From: Capsulimonadales bacterium
GTDB taxonomy: Bacteria; Armatimonadota; Armatimonadia; Armatimonadales; Armatimonadaceae
DNA length: 64,000 nucleotides
Assembly (NCBI GenBank): GCA_033762295.1
Contig: JANRLW010000093.1
Coordinates: forward strand, 1 to 64,000
Reading direction: 5' to 3'
Made by a program: the position numbers and the translations under genes
Notes under the pieces: model-generated
Told to the model about the DNA's origin: nothing
What the model saw: the letters and a program-made list of their open reading frames with translations, nothing else
Databases searched by the model: none
Shown here: one piece after another, positions 40,204-49,198 of the stretch
How positions within the stretch are numbered: position 1 is the first letter of the stretch
Layout of the letters: each line of letters starts with the position of its first letter

Positions 40204-40253
40204 CCCCGGACCTCGTGTCCCTGCCGGGGCGACGCGCAAAGAAGGTCGTTTTT

Positions 40254-41357
40254 TCACGAAGCGTTTTTGTCGTGCAGAAGCGACTCCTCAAAGGATTCCC
40301 AGCGAAAATCGGTGCCGACAATGATGGAAATGGCATCATTGGCCGCAATGGGCGTCCCCGGTTCCGGGCAGGGGTCGGGGACCCCGTTTTTGATCAGGGC
40401 CAGCGGATTGATGCGCACCCGATGGCGTTCGGCCCCGGCGATACAGGCGGTCTGGAACTGCCCCCAGTTCCACCCGACGACCTTTTTCGGATGGACGGTG
40501 CGCGGGTTGGCTCCCACCGAAGGACGGAGCAGTTGTTGAATCGTCACGGCGGTCATGGGGTCATGGCACTCCTGCACCAGCACCAGAATCTCATCGTTTT
40601 CGAGCACGGTGGTCGAGCGCGTTCCGGCGAAGAGCCACTCGTTGTCGGCGGATACCAGTATATGGGCAAGCCGGGTGGTCGGGGGAACGAGTTTCTCAAT
40701 AATCTCCACCACCATACGTGTCGTTCCGTCGCTTTCGTCCACACCGGCCTGCTGCGGGAAAATGAGGATGGTCTTGTTTTCGGCCACTTTAGCCCGCCTG
40801 TAGGTCGTTTCACTGAGCAGGGAACCGCGCAGGAAGTGGACTTTGACACGGGGAAGGTGCAGAATCGCCGTCGGTAATCGCTCCAGCTGACTGTCAATAA
40901 TGCAGATTTCCGCCGTTCGTTCCTCGGCGGCATCCGCTACCAGTTCCGTCGCCAGGGTAATAAATTTACCGTTTCCCGGAAAGTTGATGATGATGTATCC
41001 GTTCCGAAACGGATTGTCCAGTTCGCCCATAAGTCGTCGCTCCCGCAGGTCGTTTCGCCAGTCAAACCAGGAGGAAATCGTTACCCCCAGAAACGCGATG
41101 CCCAGTACTCCGAAGACCATCGTCGTCAATCGCCCCGGCAATGTCGCCGCCGGTTTGTTGCCATACCCGACCGTGGTGACGGTCTGCCACATCTGCCAGA
41201 GCGACTCGTCCCACTCCGCCGTTTCGGTCACCTTGAAAAACACGACAAAAAGCGCACAGCTCAAGAGCAGCCAGAGGAGCGCGTTCGCGAGGTTTTCCAG
41301 GGTCGGGCGTTCCACCAGACGCTTTCTCAGGCGTCGTGGCAGGAATTGAATCAGCAT
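40254..41357 (-). CDS. Two-TM potassium channel with RCK-like cytoplasmic domain
   Basis: QTVTTVGYGN filter between two TM helices; VHFLRGS, ESDGTT Rossmann-like region. Confidence 0.85.
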   Translation of the reverse strand: MLIQFLPRRLRKRLVERPTLENLANALLWLLLSCALFVVFFKVTETAEWDESLWQMWQTVTTVGYGNKPAATLPGRLTTMVFGVLGIAFLGVTISSWFDWRNDLRERRLMGELDNPFRNGYIIINFPGNGKFITLATELVADAAEERTAEICIIDSQLERLPTAILHLPRVKVHFLRGSLLSETTYRRAKVAENKTILIFPQQAGVDESDGTTRMVVEIIEKLVPPTTRLAHILVSADNEWLFAGTRSTTVLENDEILVLVQECHDPMTAVTIQQLLRPSVGANPRTVHPKKVVGWNWGQFQTACIAGAERHRVRINPLALIKNGVPDPCPEPGTPIAANDAISIIVGTDFRWESFEESLLHDKNAS

Positions 41358-41490
41358 CGTTGATTTTCCGGGTGCCGTCCGTTCGGTAAGGGAGTCATGG
41401 TTCCGGTTCGGCAGTCAGGCAACGGAATCCTGCCGTCCGCGCCGCCGGTTCGGCGGACCGTCCTCGCACTGTCAAACTCCCCGGTCACAC

Positions 41491-41531
41491 CGCAGGAAAA
41501 AGAAAAAACCTCCGGCATCCCTGCCGGAGGT
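41491..41531 (-). terminator. Intrinsic terminator upstream of the K+ channel gene; copy 2 of the duplicated element
   Basis: ACCTCCGGCA-ggga-TGCCGGAGGT followed by TTTTTCTTTTT on the minus strand. Confidence 0.8.
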
Positions 41532-41613
41532 CCGTCATCGTCACTTCACCTGCGAACTCGGCAGCGTCGGAACGTCGGTCGTCATCGCCATGACCTCGAA
41601 ACTTCCGGTTGCC
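41495..41613 (-). ncRNA. Candidate small RNA or attenuating leader (contains 16-codon ORF 41591-41541)
   Basis: TATACT -10 at 41625-41620, internal hairpins and a strong terminator, with no long ORF to terminate. Confidence 0.4.
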
Positions 41614-41713
41614 GATGTCAGTATACGGGGTTCTTCCGACGGCGAAAAGGGCTTTTCCCTTCCCTCGACCGTCCGGCGCATTATCCCTTCGCCCGCGTCG
41701 AGCGCACGAAAGA

Positions 41714-41770
41714 CTTAACCGAAATTTAACCTTCTTATTTCATTACCTGGTATATCATTAGGTATATAAT
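41714..41770 (+). promoter_or_regulatory. Pho-box-like repeat, operator-like site and -10 for the prepilin-phosphoesterase operon
   Basis: CTTAACcgaaaTTTAAC; TATATCATTAGGTATATA; TATAAT at 41765. Confidence 0.6.
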
Positions 41771-41814
41771 GGAGGCGTCCGGGACGGTTCACCTCCCCGT
41801 TGAAAGGAAGCCTT

Positions 41815-42624
41815 ATGTCTCACCCTTCTCGGTGCCGAAATGCGGCGTTCACGCTGATCGAACTGCTCGTTGTTATCGCTATTATTGCCATACTGGCAGC
41901 GATTCTGTTCCCGGTTTTCGCGCAGGCGCGCGAATCGGGACGGCGTGCGACCTGTCTTACCCATATGCGGGAGACCGGCCTTGCCTTCCTGATGTACGCC
42001 CAGGATTACGATGAGAAATTTCCCTGCGCCGGACGCGGCGCGATCGTGACCGAACCGGGAACGACCCTCGATATGTACGGCAACTCCCAGGGGGGCGACT
42101 GGCTGGAAATCCGGTTCTGGACCGGAATGATCCTCCCTTACACCAAAAACCGGCAGATTTTCTTCTGTCCGAGCGGTACGCCGGAGGATGGAGTCCCGAA
42201 ATCGATCAACCCGAATAACACGCTGTCCAATCGGCAGATGGGGTGGATTCAGGAAAACATCGCCTGGAACTACGACGGACTTACCCCGCGATACAATTTC
42301 GGACCGCTCGGTGGCGTCGAACGCCCGGCCGAGTGTATGCTGTTGATGGACGCCGCCGAATCGGCGATCGGTCCCTGGGGACGAAACTCCCCGTCCCGAC
42401 TGCGCACGCACATCGAGTACGCCGGTCGCCGCCATCACGGACTGGCCAATATCTGCTACGTGGACGGACATGCGAAAGCGATGCGGGTCGATGCCCTGAT
42501 CAACGGAATCCCGGCGCCCTGCACCGATTACTCCGTCTTTTTCAACTACTGGATTTCGCCGGAGAACTGGCCGAGCGGCGCGCCGATCAAGGATTTCAGC
42601 CGCTGTATCGCCGGAACCCCGTAA
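41815..42624 (+). CDS. Prepilin-type DUF1559/H-X9-DG protein
   Basis: [11 protein letters not shown]..., FFCPS, RHHGLANICYVDGHAK; AAAGGAAG SD. Confidence 0.9.
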   Translation: MSHPSRCRNAAFTLIELLVVIAIIAILAAILFPVFAQARESGRRATCLTHMRETGLAFLMYAQDYDEKFPCAGRGAIVTEPGTTLDMYGNSQGGDWLEIRFWTGMILPYTKNRQIFFCPSGTPEDGVPKSINPNNTLSNRQMGWIQENIAWNYDGLTPRYNFGPLGGVERPAECMLLMDAAESAIGPWGRNSPSRLRTHIEYAGRRHHGLANICYVDGHAKAMRVDALINGIPAPCTDYSVFFNYWISPENWPSGAPIKDFSRCIAGTP

Positions 42625-42664
42625 TCGTCCGGCCAACGGAATGACAAGGAAACAATAGAACCCT

Positions 42665-43567
42665 ATGACGACCGCACGTTCGCGACGGGCCTTCCTGCGG
42701 GAAGGCTCGCTTTTCCTGACCGCCCTGTCGCTGGCGGAAGCGGAGGGCGCTCTCGCTCAGTCGACCCCCGCCACCGTCGCCGCCCTGGTGACCGATGTCC
42801 ACTTCGCCGAAGCCGATGCCCGCGGGTCCCGGCACTACCGTGAATCCATCGCCAAAATGCGCGAGGCCGCCACCACCCTCGGTCGCCGGAAACCGGATAT
42901 CGCCATCGAACTCGGAGATTTCATCGACAGCGCGCCAAAGGCCGGGGCAAAGGAGGAGAAGGCGTTCCTCAAACGGATCAACGAGGAATTCGCGACGCTA
43001 TGCCCCCGACGACACTACGTCCTCGGCAATCACTGCGTTGGCAAACTGAGCAAAAAGCAGTTTCTGGAAACGGTCGAACAGAAAAGCTCCTACTACTCCT
43101 TCGACCGGAACGGCTTTCATTTCATCGTCCTCGATGCCTGCTATCGCCGGGACGGCGTGTCGTACGACGCGGGGAACTTCGAATGGACCGATACCGAGAT
43201 CCCGCCGGAGCAGCGCGAGTGGCTCAAAGCCGACCTTAAAGCGGCCAAAGGCAAGGCGCTGGTCTTCTGCCATCAGCGTATCGACCTGGAACCGGGCAAC
43301 GAGGAAGGCATTCATAGCAGCGCCACCGTGCGCGAGATCCTGCGCGACTCGGGAAAGGTGCTCGCCGCGTTCATGGGGCACAGCCATCGAAACGAGTACC
43401 GGCAGATCGACGGCGTGCATTATGTCGCCCTGGCGGCCATGGTGGAAGGAAGCGGCGCGGAGAACAGCGGATACTCGCTTCTCCACGCCTTCCCGAACGG
43501 CGACCTCCGGCTGGATGGCTTCCGACACCATGCGGAAAACCCGTTCGCCCGCCGCAGCACCCGGTAA
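42665..43567 (+). CDS. Tat-exported calcineurin-like metallophosphoesterase
   Basis: SRRAFL; DVH, GDFID, GNH, HQ, GHSH motifs. Confidence 0.88.
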   Translation: MTTARSRRAFLREGSLFLTALSLAEAEGALAQSTPATVAALVTDVHFAEADARGSRHYRESIAKMREAATTLGRRKPDIAIELGDFIDSAPKAGAKEEKAFLKRINEEFATLCPRRHYVLGNHCVGKLSKKQFLETVEQKSSYYSFDRNGFHFIVLDACYRRDGVSYDAGNFEWTDTEIPPEQREWLKADLKAAKGKALVFCHQRIDLEPGNEEGIHSSATVREILRDSGKVLAAFMGHSHRNEYRQIDGVHYVALAAMVEGSGAENSGYSLLHAFPNGDLRLDGFRHHAENPFARRSTR

Positions 43568-43588
43568 AAGCGACCCGCCGATCGTCAA

Positions 43589-43638
43589 CCGGTTACAGTC
43601 CCGGTTACAAGTCCCGGTTACAAGTCCCGGCTACAGTC
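43589..43638. repeat. 12-13-bp tandem repeat (4 copies) over the stop codon of the minus-strand gene
   Basis: CCGGTTACAGTC CCGGTTACAAGTC CCGGTTACAAGTC CCGGCTACAGTC. Confidence 0.9.
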
Positions 43639-45064
43639 GCGGGACGAGTCGCGGATCGAGGCACTGGCTGTTCAGTCCGCTGGCGTAGTGGCGTCGGTTT
43701 TCGGAAGCCTTCCGTACCTGCGCCATCGCCTGCTCGCGGAACGGAGCCGGCAGGGGTTGGGCGGCGGCGGTCGCCTCCCGGACATACCCGCACATCGCCT
43801 GCATGCCGATGATCTCCTTTAATGCGCTGTTCTTCGGATGGTACTCGCGTTCCGCGTCGGCCACCCGCCGGGCGAGGGCGAGCGTCCGGAGACATTCCGT
43901 CTCGTCCTGTCGAAGATGCTGAAGAAAAGCGATCCGGATCAGGCCGTTCACTTTGTCGGACGTATAGTGCAGGCCGCGCTCCTGCCCCGTCTCATTCGGA
44001 AAGTACTGCAGCATCCGCTGTCCCACCGAGGCCAGAGTCTGACGGGCCGCCTGCGCGTTCCCCCGGGTCCGCTCGTTCTCGGAGATGCGAATCCACGAGT
44101 AGACGTACCAATCGCGCTGACGATGCTGGCCCGCGATCGCTTTCGCATTGGCGATATCCCCGGAATCCGCCAGCGCGAACACCACGCTGCGGAGGGCTTT
44201 CTCCCGGTGGTGTCCGGCGATGGGAGGAGGACCGAACGGAACGGTCAGCGCGACGCCGCGCGCGGATTCTACAGCGCCGATATCGAGAAGGGAGTAGGTG
44301 ATCCGTTCGAGGAAGTAGGCTTTTCGATCACCGGCAGCCGTCTTCGCCACCCGAATCGCCTCCTGAAAGGTCGCCTGGCACCCGGAAGCATCCCCTTCCC
44401 GAAACCGGGCGACGGCGGTCAGGGCGAGTTGTTCGGCGTCGCCGGCCAGTCGGGCGGTCGCTATCGCTCCCGCGAAATCCTTCTGCCGGGTCTGTTCGTC
44501 CGCAATGCGTCGCAGGGCGGACCGGCGATGCTCCTCCGTCTGCCCGGTGGCCGGTTTTCGCAGACGCTGTGCGCCCGCCCGCAGGGAGAGCAGGGCATCC
44601 TCGGTATGACCCGCGCCCACCTGTTCGCGGACGAGATCCTGCAGGGTCCGGGCGACCTCCTCGGCCTGTGCGCAGAGCAGACTGGCTTTCAACGCGTTCG
44701 CAAACGCATCGCGGTCCTTGCCCGACCGTCCGATCTCCGTGAAGGCGCTCGCACGCAGGCGCGGATCACGAATCAGAAGCGCGGTCTCCTTCGCGCCGTC
44801 GCGGTCGCCGATCGCCAGTTGATCGGACGCCATCTCCTTCCACCCACGGTCGGCGTTCTTCGCCGGATAGACCGACCGGACATAGGTCCGAATCCGGGTG
44901 ATCGAAAGTCGGTAGTTGGCCGTATCCCCGGCCTGAGCGAATCGATACGCCTGGGCGGCGTTTTCGCGAAGGATTCCGGTGATGTTCGGCGGCTGCGCCG
45001 ACACCGTCCCCGGCGTCAGCAGGGCGACGACGAACAGTCCGCAAACGATTATCGGGGAACGCAT
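43631..45064 (-). CDS. Secreted TPR-like helical repeat protein of unknown function
   Basis: GGGAGG SD, signal peptide, repeats such as ALRRIADEQ...DFAGAIATA and ALRSVVFALADSGDIANAKAIA. Confidence 0.65.
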   Translation of the reverse strand: MRSPIIVCGLFVVALLTPGTVSAQPPNITGILRENAAQAYRFAQAGDTANYRLSITRIRTYVRSVYPAKNADRGWKEMASDQLAIGDRDGAKETALLIRDPRLRASAFTEIGRSGKDRDAFANALKASLLCAQAEEVARTLQDLVREQVGAGHTEDALLSLRAGAQRLRKPATGQTEEHRRSALRRIADEQTRQKDFAGAIATARLAGDAEQLALTAVARFREGDASGCQATFQEAIRVAKTAAGDRKAYFLERITYSLLDIGAVESARGVALTVPFGPPPIAGHHREKALRSVVFALADSGDIANAKAIAGQHRQRDWYVYSWIRISENERTRGNAQAARQTLASVGQRMLQYFPNETGQERGLHYTSDKVNGLIRIAFLQHLRQDETECLRTLALARRVADAEREYHPKNSALKEIIGMQAMCGYVREATAAAQPLPAPFREQAMAQVRKASENRRHYASGLNSQCLDPRLVPRL

Positions 45065-45210
45065 CTCTTTCCTCCCAAACGGACCTGAGTATTCACCGGA
45101 CACGGTGGTAATTCGATTATCGGGAATCGCAACGGGGGACCGTAGTGCGGGTACAATGCAAACTCGGATGAGAAACGAAAGCGGTGCAAGCGGTGCAAAA
45201 GGTCTGATCC

Positions 45211-48207
45211 ATGGAAAACAAAACGCTGTTTGCGGCGGGCGAGGGCGGCTACCATACCTACCGGATACCGGCGCTTGCCGTCACCAATGCCGGGACCGTT
45301 CTCGCGTTCTGCGAGGGACGCCGGCATTCCGCGAGCGATGCCGGCGATATCGATCTCCTGGTAAAACGCTCGACGGACCATGGCAGGACCTGGAGCGAGA
45401 CGCAGGTCCTGCGGCACGATCCCGGCAACACCTGCGGCAATCCCTGCGTCGTCGTCGATCGCGAAACCGGTGTGATCTGGCTCCTGTCCACCTGGAATCG
45501 AGGCGAGGATACGGAACCGCGCATCATCGCGAAAACCGCGAAGGACACCCGCCGCGTTTTTGTGTGCCGGTCGATGGATGACGGACGGACATGGAGCGTT
45601 CCGCAAGAGATCACCGCCGATGTCAAAAAGCCGGAATGGACCTGGTACGCGACCGGTCCCGGAAGCGGCATTCAAATGGAACGCGGTCCGCACCGGGGCC
45701 GTCTGGTCATTCCCTGCGATCATATCGAGGCGGGAACCGAACGCTACTTCTCGCACGTGATCTACTCCGACGATCATGGAGCAAGCTGGAAACTCGGCGG
45801 ATCGACCCCGGTCGACCGGGTCAACGAATGTACGGTGGCGGAGCGCGAAGAGGGAAGCCTCCTGCTGAACATGCGTAATTACGACCCTGCCCGGCGAAAC
45901 CGGCAGGTGGCGATTAGCGAGGACGGAGGGGCGACCTGGAAAGACCCGGGGTTCGATGACCAGCTGATCGAACCGATCTGCCAGGCCGCCCTCCGTCGCT
46001 ATCGATGGTCGACGGACGGAGTTCCCGGCGTTCTCCTGTTCAGCAATCCGGCGAACCGGAACGCACGAACGAATCTTACCGTGCGCGCCAGTTTCGATGA
46101 CGGGACGACCTGGCCGGTGTCGCTCGTTTTGCGGGAGGGACCGGGCGCGTACTCCGACCTCGCCGTGCTGGCGGACGGGCGTATCGCCTGCCTCTACGAG
46201 ACCGGCTCCGAGACGCCGTATGAGCGACTCCGTTTCACCACCTTTCCGCTGACCGCTCTGGTCGCCGACGACATCGCTCCGGCCGATTTCGATGGGGAGA
46301 CCCTGACCTCGCCGGAGTTCGTGATCGAACGCCGTTATCTCTCCTTCCGGATCGGCGGCAAGGACACGGAGAACCTGACCCTGCAGCTTCTCGTGGAGGG
46401 ACAGGTCGTTCGCAGCGCGACCGGACCGAACGATCGGCCGGGCGGCGCCGACGCGCCGGCCCCGACGTTCTGGGACGTCGGCGACCTGGCGGGGAAGACG
46501 GCGTTCCTCCGGATCACGGACCGGGCGACCGGCGAAGGGGAACCTGTTCCGGTCGACCATATCGTTCTGACCGACCGGACGCCTCCCGTCCTGATCGAGC
46601 GGGCGACCCGCGAGATCACGCTGACGCATCGATATCTGAACCTGCCCGTACGGACCGGCGGACCGAAACGGCGGATGTCGCTGGCGATCGAGGGAGAGCC
46701 GGTACGGGAGTTTGAGATCGAACTGGCCGACGCGGAACCGCACTGGTGGGCGTTCGCGGAGGTCGGCGAGTTTCACGGTCGAAAAGCCGTCCTCACGGTC
46801 GATCGACTGCCGGAGGATTCCGAGGGGTTGGATGCCATCGAATCCTCCGATGAAATCCGGAGCGCCGACACCCTCTACCGAGAGAAACTGCGTCCGCAGT
46901 TCCACTTCTCGCCCCGGCGTGGCTGGACCAACGATCCGAACGGACTGGTCTACCACGGAGGGGAATATCACCTCTTCTTTCAGCATAACCCGTACGGCTG
47001 GGGCTGGGGCAACATGCACTGGGGACACGCCGTCAGCAAGGATCTGATCCGCTGGACGGAACTGCCCGTCGCGCTTTACCCGGACGAACATGGCACCATG
47101 TTCTCCGGGTCGGCGGTGACGGATCGGGAGAATACCGCCGGTTTTCGGACCGGAACCGAGGAACCCCTGATCTGCATCTTCACGGCCGCCGGGAAACCGT
47201 TCACCCAGGGGATCGCCTACAGCAACGACCGGGGCCGGACCTGGACCAAGTATCCGCACAACCCGGTGCTTCCGCATATCGTCGGGGAAAACCGTGACCC
47301 GAAAGTCTTCCGCTATGTGCCGGACAGCAAATGGGTGATGGCGCTGTATCTGGACGGGAACGATTTCGCGCTCTTCTCCTCGAAGGATCTGAAGCGTTGG
47401 GAGAGGATGAGCGACGTCGTCCTGCCCGGATCGACCGAATGCCCCGAGTTTTTCGAGATCGCGTGCGAGGAGGACCCGAAAGAGACGCGATGGATCTTCT
47501 ACGGCGGAAACGGCCTTTACCTGATCGGCAGCTTTGACGGCGTCACGTTCCGGCCGGAATCCGGACCGCACCCGATGCAGTATGGGAACGCCTGGTACGC
47601 CTCGCAGACGTTCAACGACCTGCCGGCGGAGGACGGTCGCCGCATCCTCGTTCCGTGGGCCACGGTTTCCCTGCCGGGAATGCCGTTCAACCAGATGATG
47701 GGTATCCCGGTCGAACTCACCCTGCACCGAACCGGGGAGGGACTGCGCCTTTGGGCCAACCCGGTGCGTGAACTGGAGACTCTGCGGCGAAACCCCCGTC
47801 TCCTCACGCCACAGGACCTGGAACCGGGACGAAACCCGCTGGCGGGAGGGGGATTTGAGGGAGAGGAGTTCGATATCGTCGCCGAACTGTCGTGCGGAAC
47901 GGCGTCGGAGATCGGCTTCGTGATCCGGGGGGTGCCGGTACGTTACGATACGAAGGCCGGAGAACTGATCTGCGGGGACCGGAAAGCGCCGTTGACACCG
48001 GTGAACGGCCGGGTCCGTCTGCGTTTGCTCGTGGATCGCGCCTCCATCGAGATATTCGGGAATGATGGCCGCGCCTACATGGCGATGGGTGCCCTTCTCC
48101 CTGCGGAAAACCGTTCGCTGGAAGTGTACGCCCGGGAGGGGACCGCGCATATCGACTCGCTTCAGGTCTTTGACATGGCTTCCGCCTGGGAGACATCCTC
48201 GCCCTGA
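45211..48207 (+). CDS. Fused GH33 sialidase-like and GH32 beta-fructofuranosidase/levanase-like protein
   Basis: YRIP, five Asp boxes and AYSDL in the N half; WTNDPNG, MHWGHAVS, RDP, ECP, DRASIEIF in the C half. Confidence 0.88.
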   Translation: MENKTLFAAGEGGYHTYRIPALAVTNAGTVLAFCEGRRHSASDAGDIDLLVKRSTDHGRTWSETQVLRHDPGNTCGNPCVVVDRETGVIWLLSTWNRGEDTEPRIIAKTAKDTRRVFVCRSMDDGRTWSVPQEITADVKKPEWTWYATGPGSGIQMERGPHRGRLVIPCDHIEAGTERYFSHVIYSDDHGASWKLGGSTPVDRVNECTVAEREEGSLLLNMRNYDPARRNRQVAISEDGGATWKDPGFDDQLIEPICQAALRRYRWSTDGVPGVLLFSNPANRNARTNLTVRASFDDGTTWPVSLVLREGPGAYSDLAVLADGRIACLYETGSETPYERLRFTTFPLTALVADDIAPADFDGETLTSPEFVIERRYLSFRIGGKDTENLTLQLLVEGQVVRSATGPNDRPGGADAPAPTFWDVGDLAGKTAFLRITDRATGEGEPVPVDHIVLTDRTPPVLIERATREITLTHRYLNLPVRTGGPKRRMSLAIEGEPVREFEIELADAEPHWWAFAEVGEFHGRKAVLTVDRLPEDSEGLDAIESSDEIRSADTLYREKLRPQFHFSPRRGWTNDPNGLVYHGGEYHLFFQHNPYGWGWGNMHWGHAVSKDLIRWTELPVALYPDEHGTMFSGSAVTDRENTAGFRTGTEEPLICIFTAAGKPFTQGIAYSNDRGRTWTKYPHNPVLPHIVGENRDPKVFRYVPDSKWVMALYLDGNDFALFSSKDLKRWERMSDVVLPGSTECPEFFEIACEEDPKETRWIFYGGNGLYLIGSFDGVTFRPESGPHPMQYGNAWYASQTFNDLPAEDGRRILVPWATVSLPGMPFNQMMGIPVELTLHRTGEGLRLWANPVRELETLRRNPRLLTPQDLEPGRNPLAGGGFEGEEFDIVAELSCGTASEIGFVIRGVPVRYDTKAGELICGDRKAPLTPVNGRVRLRLLVDRASIEIFGNDGRAYMAMGALLPAENRSLEVYAREGTAHIDSLQVFDMASAWETSSP

Positions 48208-48310
48208 GGTCGCCGTTCGGCCCGGTACTCTTCGTCGATTGGCATTCGATTCCTGAAAGCGTTATGCTGAAAACGGGAGTCAGAATTCCCAGGAGAACGG
48301 AGATACCATT

Positions 48311-49192
48311 ATGAAAATCGTTGTCACCACGGCGACCGGACATATCGGGTCGCGCGTCGTTCCGTTGCTGATGCAGGCGGGCGCACGACCGACGTTGCTG
48401 GTGCGTCGCCCGGAACGACTCGGGGCGGCGGTACGTGCGGCGTGCGATGTCCGTCAGGGAGACATGAATCATCTCGACGACGTTCTGCAGGCGACCGCCG
48501 ACGCCGACGCGCTGTTCTGGCTGATCCCGACCGATGACCGGTCCGAGGACCCGATCGGCGATATCCTGCGATCCGGGCGACTGGCTGCGGACGCGATTCG
48601 GCAGAACGGGATCTCCCGGATCGTGCTGCTCAGCAGCGCGGGCGCGGCGCGGCGCGAAGCGACGCTGATCGGCGCGCTGGGACAGGTCGAGGACCTTCTG
48701 AATGCGACCGGCGCCCATCTCTGCCATCTGCGGCCCGGCTGTTTCTTTACCAACCTGCTATCGGCCATCGAACCGATGCGCCAGGGCGTTTACCCGACCG
48801 CCTTCCCGCTCGAAGCTCCCCTGCCCTGGAACGACCCCCGGGATATCGGCGATATCGTGGCCGCCCGTTTGCTGTCCGGCGAATGGACCGGTCAGTCGGT
48901 TCAGGGGGTGTACGGCCCGGAACATCTGACCTTTCGTCAGGTGTTGTCGATCGCGGCTGAGGCGGTCGGGCGACCGATCGAACCGATCCCGATTTCCGAG
49001 GAGGAGGAACAGGCGGCGCTGATCGGCGCGGGAATGACCCCGGCGGTGGCGGTGGCCCTGACCGAGATGGCGCGAACGATCGCGACCGCCATGGAAACCG
49101 AACCGGAACGGGACTTCATCACGACCACGCCGACCACCCTGGGCGCCTGGTGTTACGCGAATCTGCGTCCGGCGCTGGCGGAAAACCCGTAA
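48311..49192 (+). CDS. NmrA-like NAD(P)H-binding protein
   Basis: TATGHIGS, LLSSAGA, LRPGCFFTN, PRDIG, GPEHLT. Confidence 0.85.
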   Translation: MKIVVTTATGHIGSRVVPLLMQAGARPTLLVRRPERLGAAVRAACDVRQGDMNHLDDVLQATADADALFWLIPTDDRSEDPIGDILRSGRLAADAIRQNGISRIVLLSSAGAARREATLIGALGQVEDLLNATGAHLCHLRPGCFFTNLLSAIEPMRQGVYPTAFPLEAPLPWNDPRDIGDIVAARLLSGEWTGQSVQGVYGPEHLTFRQVLSIAAEAVGRPIEPIPISEEEEQAALIGAGMTPAVAVALTEMARTIATAMETEPERDFITTTPTTLGAWCYANLRPALAENP

Positions 49193-49198
49193 ACTCCA

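Noticed and set aside
40254..41357. GYGN filter as evidence of altered ion selectivity
   Set aside because: TVGYG is intact and GYGN occurs in known K+-selective channels
41397..41729. 110-aa + strand ORF in the intergenic region
   Set aside because: No SD or recognisable motif, and it runs through a terminator and promoter elements
43589..43638. CRISPR array (also considered at 4775 and 52402)
   Set aside because: Units are 8-13 bp, directly abutting, with no spacers and no cas genes
45049..48150. Long antisense or alternate-frame ORFs (e.g. 45049..48150-, 11966..14557-, 986..2929+, 37028..39091-, 60874..62826-)
   Set aside because: They shadow well-supported genes, lack motifs, and are expected from high-GC codon bias
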